From an uncultured Chloroflexia bacterium (GTDB lineage: Bacteria; Chloroflexota; Limnocylindria; Limnocylindrales; CSP1-4), in assembly GCA_963750125.1 (NCBI GenBank), contig CAVVPT010000007.1, positions 37,053 through 101,052 of the forward strand: 64,000 nt of DNA, in the 5' to 3' direction. The translations under genes and the position numbers were made by a program. The notes under the pieces were generated by a model, which saw only the letters and a list, made by a program, of their open reading frames with translations, was not told the DNA's origin and ran no database searches. The first letter of the stretch is position 1; every line of letters starts with the position of its first letter. This document shows, piece after piece, positions 9,443 to 21,464 of the stretch.

Positions 9443-10857
9443 CTTCACAGAACGGGTTCGATCGGACCCTGTCCGACTGGCTCGCTGCCGAGAGCGCGCC
9501 GGACGTTCCAGATTGGGTGTACGAAGGTGCATTCGCCGAAGTGAGAACGACCGGCCAGTCCAGGCCAATGGCGGACGCGCTGACACGCTGGCTGCGACCC
9601 CGCGACACCCTGCCCGGGCCGCGTCCCCAGGGCATGGGTGCGCGTCCAACGGTCAGCTTCGCCACGCCCGTGATCCTTGTCGTCGCACTCCTCATCGTCG
9701 CGCTGGTCTCGGCTGTACTCCTCGTCGGAGCGTCGCGGCTGTGGCCCGACCGCCTGTTCACGACCGACGGGTTCCACGCTGTCGGCTCGATCAGCGACCC
9801 GGGCGCCGGCGTGCCCGGGACACTTACCGCGCTGCCGGACGGCCGAGCCCTCGTCACCAATGGCACCAACCTGGATGTCTTCGACCCGGCAACCGGCCAG
9901 TTCGTTCGCTCGGACAGCCACCTCTCGGAGTCACGACAGGGCGAGAGGGCCACGCTCCTGCAGGACGGCACGGTCCTGATCGTCGGCGGCGGCGCGGCTG
10001 ATCGGGCCGTACCCTCGTCGGGCGGTTCGGAGGCGGAAATCTTCGATCCGGCCACCGGTACAGTCACGCAGGTGGGTCCTACGCTGGAGCCGCACGTCGA
10101 CGGATCGGCCACCCTGCTGGCGGACGGGCGGGTGCTACTCGTAGGAGGGGTCCCGTCTATCCAGCCGGAAGCGTTCGGCGAGCTTTACGACCCGGAAACA
10201 CAGACCTTCAAACGCACAGGGTCGACGACATCAGCAACGCCTTTCCACCACGCCGTGCTGCTGGACGATGGAAATGTGCTGATCGTCGGAGGCAGAAACC
10301 ACGCGGACGCGGGAGTCGATGCGTCCGCCGAGGTGTTCGACTCGAACACGGAGCGCTTCAGCGCGACGGGACCCATGGTGATCCGCCAGGGGGCCGCGAC
10401 CGCAACCGTCCTGAGTGATGGGCGCGTCCTTGTCGTCGGAGGGCTGGAGTCGGATCCAGGGAGCAACGTCACGGCCGTGTCCGATGCCGTGCAGATCTAC
10501 GATCCGGCGACGGGGACCTTCGCGCTCGCCGGTCGACTGCCGACACCTCGCTTGGAGCACGCCGCGGTGCCGCTTGCGGACGGAGACGTCCTGGTGATGG
10601 GCGGCAAGGCGGAGTGGTCGCCGGCCGCTGACACGCCAGCGGCGCTCACTGACGCGCTCCGTTGGGACCACGAGACAGGGGAGTTCGTCCCGGCTGGCTC
10701 GATGACTCGCGGGCGGAAAGGCTTTCTCGCGACGCGGCTCCAGGACGGCAAGGTCCTCATGATCGGCCACAATCCGTGGCGCCTCGACTTGGAACCGCCC
10801 CCGCCCCCGTCCGAGGAGGAGCTGGAATCGGTCTGGGCCGCCGAGGTGTTCGAGTAA
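9439..10857 (+). CDS. membrane-anchored Kelch-repeat beta-propeller protein, putative anti-sigma/sensor partner
   Basis: Its ATG overlaps the sigma factor stop (ATGA at 9439-9442). It has a cytoplasmic N-terminal segment and one TM helix (VILVVALLIVALVSAVLLV). At least 6 repeats of the type LxDGRVLVVGG / FDPATGxF follow. Confidence 0.75.
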   Translation: MTSQNGFDRTLSDWLAAESAPDVPDWVYEGAFAEVRTTGQSRPMADALTRWLRPRDTLPGPRPQGMGARPTVSFATPVILVVALLIVALVSAVLLVGASRLWPDRLFTTDGFHAVGSISDPGAGVPGTLTALPDGRALVTNGTNLDVFDPATGQFVRSDSHLSESRQGERATLLQDGTVLIVGGGAADRAVPSSGGSEAEIFDPATGTVTQVGPTLEPHVDGSATLLADGRVLLVGGVPSIQPEAFGELYDPETQTFKRTGSTTSATPFHHAVLLDDGNVLIVGGRNHADAGVDASAEVFDSNTERFSATGPMVIRQGAATATVLSDGRVLVVGGLESDPGSNVTAVSDAVQIYDPATGTFALAGRLPTPRLEHAAVPLADGDVLVMGGKAEWSPAADTPAALTDALRWDHETGEFVPAGSMTRGRKGFLATRLQDGKVLMIGHNPWRLDLEPPPPPSEEELESVWAAEVFE

Positions 10858-11039
10858 GGCCCGCCGTCAGACGGCGTCCCCGCGCGGGCCGCTACCCCAC
10901 CGAACGGATCCGACACGCCGACCAGAATTCTCCCCGCGAGGCGCTACGCCGGCCACTTCTCGAAACCGGAACCCCGGTGCCGATGCACCAGGGCCCCGCG
11001 TCTTTCGCCGGGCCGCGGACAGTAGCCCGCGGATGTGAC

Positions 11040-14228
<3,189 letters not shown>

Positions 14229-14432
14229 CGGCAATTCGCCGGGCTCCCTCGTCGTAGCACTGCATGGGATGCGGTAGCTACGACCTTGTCGCGTCGTCGG
14301 GTCCCGAGTGGGACGCTGGGGGCCGCTTCCGGGCCGGCGGGACACTTCCGGCGGGAGGCTGTCTGGGCGTCTCGGTCGAGCTGGCGACCCCAAGAACGAT
14401 ACGCCGCTGTTGGACCGCAGTCAAGGCCAAAA

Positions 14433-14481
14433 CCACAAGATGTAGCGTTCAGTGACACTGATCAACCACAAGATGTTGTGA
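14433..14481 (-). promoter_or_regulatory. two tandem NrdR-box-like 16-mers upstream of nrdJ
   Basis: CCACAAGATGTAGCGT (14433-14448) and CCACAAGATGTTGTGA (14466-14481). The second is palindromic in 6 of 8 pairs (CACAA..TTGTG). The boxes are 33 bp apart, roughly three helical turns, as described for NrdR operators. Confidence 0.55.
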
Positions 14482-14487
14482 ATGGCC

Positions 14488-14593
14488 GAATCCACGATCG
14501 GGCCGTGCTCGTCCACGTTCGGGCGCCGGTTGTCCACGCTCGGGGAGCGACGTGTCCACCGTTCCGAGGCCGGTTGTCCGCTTGCTGTCCACA
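14488..14593 (+). promoter_or_regulatory. phased array of six DnaA-box-like 9-mers
   Basis: GAATCCACG, TCGTCCACG, TTGTCCACG, GTGTCCACC, TTGTCCGCT and CTGTCCACA, all on one strand. Core spacings are 21, 21, 22, 22 and 11 bp. Compare the high-GC DnaA box TTGTCCACA. Confidence 0.4.
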
Positions 14594-14831
14594 GCCATGG
14601 TAGCGAACAGGTGTTCGGTATAGCGTAGGTTTGTGGCCAAATCCTCGCCAAGATGAATGAACGGCCGAATCCGATGGCCTAAATGGTGGCCAAGAAGTCA
14701 CAGCAGGGCGGACATGGCCGCTACATGGGCCTTCTGCAGGGCAATCGGGCGGCCCTGTTCGACCTCTCAGTCAAGGCGTGACTAAGTGGCCGTGAACCGA
14801 CAGCGAAGGGCCTGCCGCCAGACTCAGCAGC

Positions 14832-15539
14832 ATGAACGATCAGCGGGTCGGAACGGCGTTGCGCTCGGTCCGTCGGCGCAAACGGTGGTCGCAGGAGGAG
14901 CTGGCTCGGAAGGCGAGAGTGACGCAGTCCAGGGTCAGCCGGATGGAGCGCGGTCACATCGGCTCCATGCGCCTGGACGACATACGGCGGGTCGCGGCTG
15001 CCCTCGATATCCGGATCGACGTCTACCCGCGCTGGCGGGCTGGCGACCTGGATCGACTGCTGAATGCCAAGCACTCAGAGCTGCACGAGCTCGTCGCGCG
15101 CTGGTTCGCCGCGGAGCTCCCCGAATGGGTGCTCGCTCCCGAGGTGTCCTTCGCGATCTACGGCGAGCGAGGCGTGATCGACATCCTCGCCTGGCACGAG
15201 CCAACCCGCTCGCTCCTCGTCATCGAACTCAAGACGGCGATTGCGGACGTGAACGAGTTGCTTGGCGCGGCGCATCGGAAGGGGCGGCTCGCAACGCAGG
15301 TCGCTGGCGACCGCGGGTGGGATCCGTTGACCGTCAGCCAGTGGCTCATCGTCGCGGACACGAGGACCAATAGACGCCGGCTCGACGCACATCGGACCGT
15401 GATCCGCAACGCATTCCCAGACGGAACGTGGTCCATCCGCCGCTGGCTGCGACGGCCCAGGGATACGATCGCCGCCGTGACGGTGTGGACCGCTGAGCAG
15501 GCGAGGTTGCCCTACTCGACGGAGGACACCGTCAGGTAG
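14832..15539 (+). CDS. XRE-family HTH fused to a PD-(D/E)xK nuclease-like domain
   Basis: 235 aa. The HTH is WSQEELARKARVTQSRVSRMERG. The later GVIDILAW...LLVIELK has D, then E-x-K 15 residues downstream, matching the restriction-endonuclease-fold signature. Confidence 0.65.
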   Translation: MNDQRVGTALRSVRRRKRWSQEELARKARVTQSRVSRMERGHIGSMRLDDIRRVAAALDIRIDVYPRWRAGDLDRLLNAKHSELHELVARWFAAELPEWVLAPEVSFAIYGERGVIDILAWHEPTRSLLVIELKTAIADVNELLGAAHRKGRLATQVAGDRGWDPLTVSQWLIVADTRTNRRRLDAHRTVIRNAFPDGTWSIRRWLRRPRDTIAAVTVWTAEQARLPYSTEDTVR

Positions 15540-17875
15540 TCGCGCCGCTCGACGAGCTCAACGACGGGCCCCACCAGAGCGATGTCTGCGGCGAGGCCCG
15601 AGTCGACCGCCGACCGACCGACAAAGAGCCGAACCGTTCCGGGCTCGATGATCCGCCGCAGGTCGGCGTCGACGTACGCCAGCTGCTCGGCTGACAGGTG
15701 GAACGTGACGGTTCGGCACTCTCCGGCGGCAAGGTGCACCCGCTGGAAGCCGCGCAGCTCGCGGACCGGCCGCGCCACGGTCGCCTCCTCGTCGCGGACG
15801 TAAAGCTGGATCACCTCGTCGCCGGTGCGCGGGCCGGTGTTCGTCACGTCGACCTGGATCGCCACCGTGTCGCCGGTGGTCTGGAGGAGGCGTCTTGTCG
15901 ACCCGCAAGTGTTCGATCGCGAATGACGTGTACGACAGGCCGTGGCCGAACGGCCAGAGCGGCGACGACGTCCCGTCGACGTAGTCGATCTTCCAGTTGG
16001 ACTTCCCGCCGGTCGGGTGGTGGCGGTAGGTCAGGGGCACCTGGCCGACGTGCCGCGGGATCGTGACGGGCAGCCGCCCGCCCGGGTCGACGTCGCCGGC
16101 GAGGATGTCGGCGATCGCCGCGGGACCGGCCTCGCCGGGCACCCACGCCAGGAGCACGGCCGCGCAGTGCTCGGCGGCCCACTCGATCGCGAGCGGCCGG
16201 CCGCTGACGACGACGAGCACGGTCGGTGTCCCGGTTGCCACGACCGCCTCGAGCAGTTCCTGCTGACGTCCGAGGAGGCCCAGATCGCGGCGGTCCCGCG
16301 ACTCACCGGTCGTCGCGTCGTTGGTCAGTCCGGACCGCTCGCCGACGGCTACGATCGCGACGTCGGCGCCCTGGGCGACGGCGACCGCCTCGGCCAGCTC
16401 CTCGTCCGTGCCGTCCCGGAGACCGCTGCCGCGCGCGTGGACGACGCGCACCCCGAACCGGGCACGGAGCGCGGCCAGGATCGTCGGCATGCCGGACAGC
16501 TCGTCGACGGGATTGATGACGTCGCTGGATGGGAAGCCGAAGGGGTTGGCCTGGTGGCGCAGCTCCGCAAGCGTCTCAATGTGGGGCAGGTGGGCGTAGT
16601 CGCCGAGCAGGTCGCGGGGGCTGTCGGCGATCGGCCCGATGACGGCGATCCGGCCGATCTCCGGGGCCAGCGGCAGCGTTCCGTCGTTCTCGACGAGCGT
16701 CATCGACCGACGAGCCAGATCGCGGGCGAGTCCTTCCTCGACGGCGTCGAGGGCCGCGAGCTCGACCGCGGTCGGGGGCTCGACGTAGGGTCGATCGAAG
16801 AGGCCGAGCCGGAACTTCAGGCGCAGCGTCCGTTCGACGGCGAGGTCGACGAGGCCGACGTCCACGCGGCCGTCATCGACCGCCTGGTGCAGAGGGGTGC
16901 CGTACGCCGCGGTCGAGGGCAACTCGTTGTCCATGCCGGCCCGGAGCGCCATCGTCGCTGCGGTCCCGAGGTCCGCGGTCAGGCGATGCTCGCCGACGAG
17001 CATCTGGACCGCCGTGTAGTCGGAGGCGACCACGCCGGTCGAACCCCCATTCGTCGCGGAGGATCGACGTCAGCAGCTCGTGCGACGCGTGACAGGGAAC
17101 GCCGTCGAGGTCGCAGTACGCAGGCATGACACTGGCGATGCCGGCCTCGCGAACGGCCGCCTCGAACGGCAGCAGCTGCTCGTCGCGCAGCTCACGCGGC
17201 CCGACGTGCGCGGGTGCCTGATTGAACCCGCCCTCGGCCAGGCCGTGCCCGACGAGGTGCTTGGCGGTCGCGGCAATGCCGTGCTCGAGGTCCGTCGCCC
17301 TGGAGCCCGCGGACGTATGCGCAACCGAGCACCGCGGCAAGGTACGGGTCCTCGCCGTACGTCTCCTCGACGCGACCCCACCGCGGGTCCCGGGTGATGT
17401 CGAAGACCGGTGCAAGGGCGACGCTCGCGCCGATCGCCTGCATCCGCCGGCGGATCGAGTCGGCGACGGCCTCGACGAGGACTGGATCAAACGAGGCTGC
17501 CGCGCCGATCGACTGCTGGAACGAGGTCGCCTCGCGCGCGAGCAGCCCGTGGAGCGTCTCCTCGTGGAGGAAGGCCGGGATGCCGAGGCGCGTCTCCTCG
17601 ACGAGGAAGCGCTGGATCGCATTGCCCGCCTCGGCTGCCGCAATCGGGCCGAGGTTCGTCGCGCCGGCCACTCTGCTGACGTGGCCGATGCCGTCTGCGA
17701 GGCGCTCGCTGATGAGCGCGGGATCCAGCTCCGTCTCGCTCCGGAACAGCTCGAACGACCAGAGCGAGCCGAGCTGGGCGAGCTTCTCGTCGAGCGTCAT
17801 CCGTCCGAGCAGATCGGCGACGCGGGCGTCAACCGGCACGCTCGCATCGCGGTACCGCTCGTCGATCGTGGCCAT
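15512..17875 (-). pseudogene. glycoside hydrolase family 3 beta-glucosidase, interrupted by three frameshifts (or assembly indels)
   Basis: GH3 homology is spread over four ORF-track pieces in different frames. The N-terminal piece runs MATIDERYRD..RDPRWGRVEETYGEDPYL..YVRGLQG and ends near 17290. The second runs AATAKHLVGHG..VMPAYCDLDGVPCHAS..LRDEWGF and ends near 17035. The third runs VVASDYTAV..GHGLSYTSF and ends near 15880. The last is the Fn3-like tail AIQVDVTNTGPRTGDEVIQLYV. Its ATG at 17875 shares one base with the stop of the upstream permease. Confidence 0.8.
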
Positions 17876-18750
17876 CAGCCCTTCACGGCCCCGCGCGTCA
17901 GGCCGCCGATGAGCTGGCGCTCGGCGACAACGTAGAAGAGGAGCGCCGGAATGAGGGCGAGCGTCGTGTAGGCCAGGATCCGTGCCGTGTCGGACGAGTA
18001 CTGCGTCGAGAAGTTCGTCACGCCGAGCGGCAGTGTCCAGTTCGCCTGGTCGGACAGGATGATCAATGGCAGCAGGAAGGCGTTCCAGCTCGACACGATG
18101 GCGAGGACCGAAACGGTCGCCAGCGCCGGCCGGGACAGCGGCAGCAGGACCCGCCAGAAAAACCCGAACGACCCGCACCCGTCGATCGCCGCGGCGTCCT
18201 CGAGCTCGACCGGGATGCTCCGGAAGAACGGCCGCAGGATGATGATCGTCAGCGGCAACGTGAACGCCGCCTGGGGAAGCGCGATCCCGAGCGCGCTGTC
18301 GAGCAACCCGACCGTCCGGATCAGGATGAACAGCGGCAGGATTGCGACGGCGGCCGGGAACAACAGCCCGAGCGTGAAGAACGTGAACAGCACCTCCCGG
18401 CCTCGGAACCGCCGTCGCGCGAACACGAACGCCGCGAGCGAGGCGAACGCGACAACGGTCAGCGTCGTGAGCACCGCGATCAGGATGCTGTTGCCGAGCT
18501 GCTGCCAGAAGCTTTCAGACCCGAGCACCTCGGTGTAGTTCGAGGTGATCCACGGGTCGGGCAGCCCGACGGGATTCACCGTGAGCTGGTAGTTGTCGCG
18601 GAACCCGCCGAGGGCCGCGTACTGGATCGGGATGACGATCACGGCGGCAAGGCCGAGCAGGATCGCCCAGCGGGCGACGCCGGAGACGGCCGCGGTCAGC
18701 CGGACGGTGGCCGATCGCGTGGCGACGTTCGGGATCGCGTCGGCCGCCAT
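17875..18750 (-). CDS. carbohydrate ABC transporter permease (CUT1)
   Basis: 291 aa, 6 TM segments, EAA loop ELEDAAAIDGCGSFGFFWRVLLPLSRPAL. Confidence 0.9.
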   Translation of the reverse strand: MAADAIPNVATRSATVRLTAAVSGVARWAILLGLAAVIVIPIQYAALGGFRDNYQLTVNPVGLPDPWITSNYTEVLGSESFWQQLGNSILIAVLTTLTVVAFASLAAFVFARRRFRGREVLFTFFTLGLLFPAAVAILPLFILIRTVGLLDSALGIALPQAAFTLPLTIIILRPFFRSIPVELEDAAAIDGCGSFGFFWRVLLPLSRPALATVSVLAIVSSWNAFLLPLIILSDQANWTLPLGVTNFSTQYSSDTARILAYTTLALIPALLFYVVAERQLIGGLTRGAVKG

Positions 18751-19689
18751 CTATCCAGCCCCCCCGGTGAGCGCGCCGTCGACGTCGCGCCGCAGGACGA
18801 AACGCTGGTACGCAAGCGCGACGACGAGCGCAGCGAGGAAGAGAATCACCGCGACCGCGCTGCCGTAGCCGAGCTGGAACCGCTCGAAGCCGCGGTCGAC
18901 GAGGTACGTCGCCATCGTGTTGGAGGCGTCGACCGGTCCGCCGCCCGTCGTGACCCAGACGAGGTCGAACAGCTGGAGCGCGCCGATGATCGAGAGGAAC
19001 ACCGATACCCGGATCGTGGGTCCGAGAAGCGGCAGCGTGACGTAGCGGATCGATTGGCGGCGCGACGCGCCGTCGATCGCCGCGGCCTCCTCCAGCTCGC
19101 GCGGGATCCCCTGGAGACCGGCAAGCATGAGGATCATGTGGAAGCCGAAGTACTTCCAGGAGATGATCACGAAGAGCGCCCAGAGGACGGTGTCAGGGTC
19201 GGCCAGCCACGGGTAGTAGAGCGACTCGAGGCCGACCGTCGTCAGCGTGCCGTCGGCGAGGCCGCCCGGCTGGAGGATCAAGCGCCAGACGATGCCGGCG
19301 ATGACCTCGGCGATCACGTAAGGCGCGAAGAAGAGCAGGCGGAAGACGGCGCGCCCCGGGAAACGCCGGTTGAGCATCAGCGCGATGCCCAGCGAGAACG
19401 GGATCTGGATCGCGAGCGACAGCACGATGATGATCGCGTTGTGGGTCGCGGCCTTCTGGAAGACCGGGTCGGACAGTGCCTTCTGGTAGTTCTCCAGCCC
19501 GACGAAGTCGGACAGCGGCTTCAGCCCGTTCCAGTCGTACAGGCTGTAGTGCGCGGCCTGGACAATCGGGATGATGACGAACAGGCCGTACAGGAGGAAC
19601 GCGGGCAACAGGAAGAGCGCGATGACCCCATAGCGGTTGAATCGCGAACGGGCCAGCAAGTTGCCGGCCCGTTCGGTGCGTAGGGTCAA
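18751..19689 (-). CDS. carbohydrate ABC transporter permease (CUT1)
   Basis: 312 aa, EAA loop ELEEAAAIDGASRRQSIRYVTLPLLGPT. Confidence 0.9.
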   Translation of the reverse strand: MTLRTERAGNLLARSRFNRYGVIALFLLPAFLLYGLFVIIPIVQAAHYSLYDWNGLKPLSDFVGLENYQKALSDPVFQKAATHNAIIIVLSLAIQIPFSLGIALMLNRRFPGRAVFRLLFFAPYVIAEVIAGIVWRLILQPGGLADGTLTTVGLESLYYPWLADPDTVLWALFVIISWKYFGFHMILMLAGLQGIPRELEEAAAIDGASRRQSIRYVTLPLLGPTIRVSVFLSIIGALQLFDLVWVTTGGGPVDASNTMATYLVDRGFERFQLGYGSAVAVILFLAALVVALAYQRFVLRRDVDGALTGGAG

Positions 19690-19702
19690 GTGGATCGACC
19701 GC

Positions 19703-21058
19703 CTACTTGGCGGCGTCGGTGATTGCCTGGGTGACCTGCTCGGGTGTGCCCGTCCCTGCGAACAGGGTTGCGACGGCGTCGTTGATCGCCGCGCCGAGAT
19801 CCGGGTTGGTCGCCTGGTCGAGATAGAGCTGGACGAAGTCGGCCTTGGCCCGAGCGTCGAGGACCGACGCCAGGTTCGGGTCGGTCACGGAGCTCTCGGA
19901 GCCGATGGTCACCGGCAGGACGCCGGTGTTCAATGCGCCCCAACGATCGGCCTGAGCCTTGTCGCTGATGTACTTCAGGAACTCGATGGCCTCCGGCGGA
20001 GCGTCCTTGCCGACGGCGAAGCCGTTGCCACCGCCGAACCCGTCGGTCGGCTTTCCGGCGCCGCCATCGACGCTCGGGAACGGGAACCACTCGAGATCCC
20101 AGGTGACGGCCTTCTTGTCAGCGGTATTCGCCTGCATCGTGCCAGGCGCCCACTGGCCCTGCAGCAGCATCGCGGCGTCCTCGACCGCCGTGGAGGCAGC
20201 CGAGCCGCCCGCGCCATCCCAAACCGCCGCCAGGAAGCCTTCCTGGAACGGCTGCTTGTCTACGAGCTCCTTGACCTTCGTGCCAGCCTCGACGAAGCAG
20301 GCATCGGTCCAGTCACCGGAGCTGATCGCCGCATCAAGCTTGTCCTTGCCACACTCGCGAATCGCGAGGTAGGCCCACCAGAACATCTCCGTCCAGGTCG
20401 CCGGGCTGCCGCCGACCGAGATCGGCGTGATGCCCGCTGCCTTGAGCTTGTCGACCGCAGTCAGGAAGTCCTCCCACGTCGCCGGCGGCTCCGTGATCCC
20501 GGCCTGCGTGAACAGGTCCTTGTTGTACCAGATGCCGACCATGCCCAGGTCGTTCGGGATGCCGTACTGCTTGCCCTCGTACTGGTACATGCCCATCGCG
20601 CCGGCATTCATCGTGTCCGCCCAGTCGGCGACGTCGGCGGTGATGTCCTTGAGCACGCCGGCATCGACCTGCTCGGCCATGCCGCCGCCGCCCCACGACT
20701 GGAAGAGGTCAGGAACGTTGCCGCCCTGGAGCTCCGTCGTGAGCTTCGGCTTGAACGTGTCGTTCTCGAGGACGGTGATGTCGAAGGTCACATTCGGGTG
20801 CGCGGCCGTGAACTCGTCGGCCATGTCCTGCCAGAGCGACTTGCCCGGGTCGTTGTTGTTGATGTGCCACCACTCGATCGTGACGGGCTCGCCACCCGAG
20901 GCGGCCGATGCAGGCGCTTCAGAAGCGGCGCCGGCCGATGGCGCGCCTTCTGAGGGAGCAGCCGCGGACGGAGCAGCCGTGCCGCCTCCACTGCTACATG
21001 CTGCGAAGACGAACAATGCGGTCGCCAGAAGGACCGCAATCCGGGGACGGGTTCTCAT
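19703..21058 (-). CDS. extracellular sugar-binding lipoprotein of the ABC transporter (family 1 SBP)
   Basis: 451 aa. Signal peptide plus lipobox (LFVFAAC). PS/A-rich linker, then a typical SBP_bac_1 body (WWHINNNDPG, QSWGGGG). Confidence 0.9.
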   Translation of the reverse strand: MRTRPRIAVLLATALFVFAACSSGGGTAAPSAAAPSEGAPSAGAASEAPASAASGGEPVTIEWWHINNNDPGKSLWQDMADEFTAAHPNVTFDITVLENDTFKPKLTTELQGGNVPDLFQSWGGGGMAEQVDAGVLKDITADVADWADTMNAGAMGMYQYEGKQYGIPNDLGMVGIWYNKDLFTQAGITEPPATWEDFLTAVDKLKAAGITPISVGGSPATWTEMFWWAYLAIRECGKDKLDAAISSGDWTDACFVEAGTKVKELVDKQPFQEGFLAAVWDGAGGSAASTAVEDAAMLLQGQWAPGTMQANTADKKAVTWDLEWFPFPSVDGGAGKPTDGFGGGNGFAVGKDAPPEAIEFLKYISDKAQADRWGALNTGVLPVTIGSESSVTDPNLASVLDARAKADFVQLYLDQATNPDLGAAINDAVATLFAGTGTPEQVTQAITDAAK

Positions 21059-21464
21059 TGGCCAAGCCTCCTCGTGGTACCTGGACGCGTCACGGCGCGG
21101 GAACGGGCACGGTGGGCGACGACATCTCCTCCGATGCGATCATCTGCACCCCGGTCGTTAACCGGGCGTGTCCCACGTGCACGATCCCGCCCCGCCAGGG
21201 AGGAGGAGTCTGGCGGGGACGGAATCGGCGGTCAGCCACATCGATCATTGCCGTCGTCGGACGCGCCCCGCTCGGTCGCGGTCTCCTCCTCGAAAGTTGC
21301 GGAGCGGCGTTCGATACTTTCGGCGCGGTCAATGTAGGCGTGTGGTTCGGTAGCTGTCAATGCAGTGTCTCGGCCATTCGATCCCTAACGCGCCCCTGAT
21401 GCACCGGCCGCAACCCTTTGCGTCGAAACTTTCGTTGCGTGCCGCTGTTCGCTACACTGCGCCC

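Noticed and set aside
14229-14432. A possible riboswitch (for example cobalamin) in the roughly 200 nt nrdJ leader.
   Set aside because: I could not find a convincing B12 box or other riboswitch core; only a loose GCCAG...GAGACGCC resemblance. B12 repression of a B12-dependent RNR would also be unexpected. An Rfam scan is needed to be certain.
14481-14700. Degenerate copies of the GGCCAnATTCCC repeat upstream of the first HTH::nuclease gene: TGGCCGAATCCAC, TGGCCAAATCC, CGGCCGAATCC and TGGCCTAAATGG.
   Set aside because: Matches need gaps and are short (8-11 nt). One overlaps the first DnaA-like box. This is too weak to call a third element copy by eye, but it is worth including in an alignment-based test.
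14488-14720. The DnaA-box cluster could be the chromosomal origin (oriC).
   Set aside because: No dnaA, dnaN, rpmH or gidA-type genes are nearby. There is no clearly AT-rich unwinding element or DnaA-trio; the flanking DNA is only mildly less GC-rich. All boxes share one orientation. I treat it as a regulatory or titration site unless GC-skew analysis says otherwise.
21190-21218. A perfect 9 bp stem hairpin (CCCCGCCAG-ggaggaggagt-CTGGCGGGG) in the 406 bp region between the sugar SBP gene and the LacI gene.
   Set aside because: It is real in the sequence, but its function is indeterminate (5' UTR structure, operator or chance). There is no second copy in the window.
21289-21440. CGAAAGT / ACTTTCG / CGAAAcTTTCG motifs as candidate LacI-family operators.
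   Set aside because: The best one (GCGTCGAAACTTTCGTTGC, about 21419-21439) is an odd-centred palindrome lacking the central CG typical of LacI operators. It does not match the CebR box TGGGAGCGCTCCCA. I keep it only as a weak lead.
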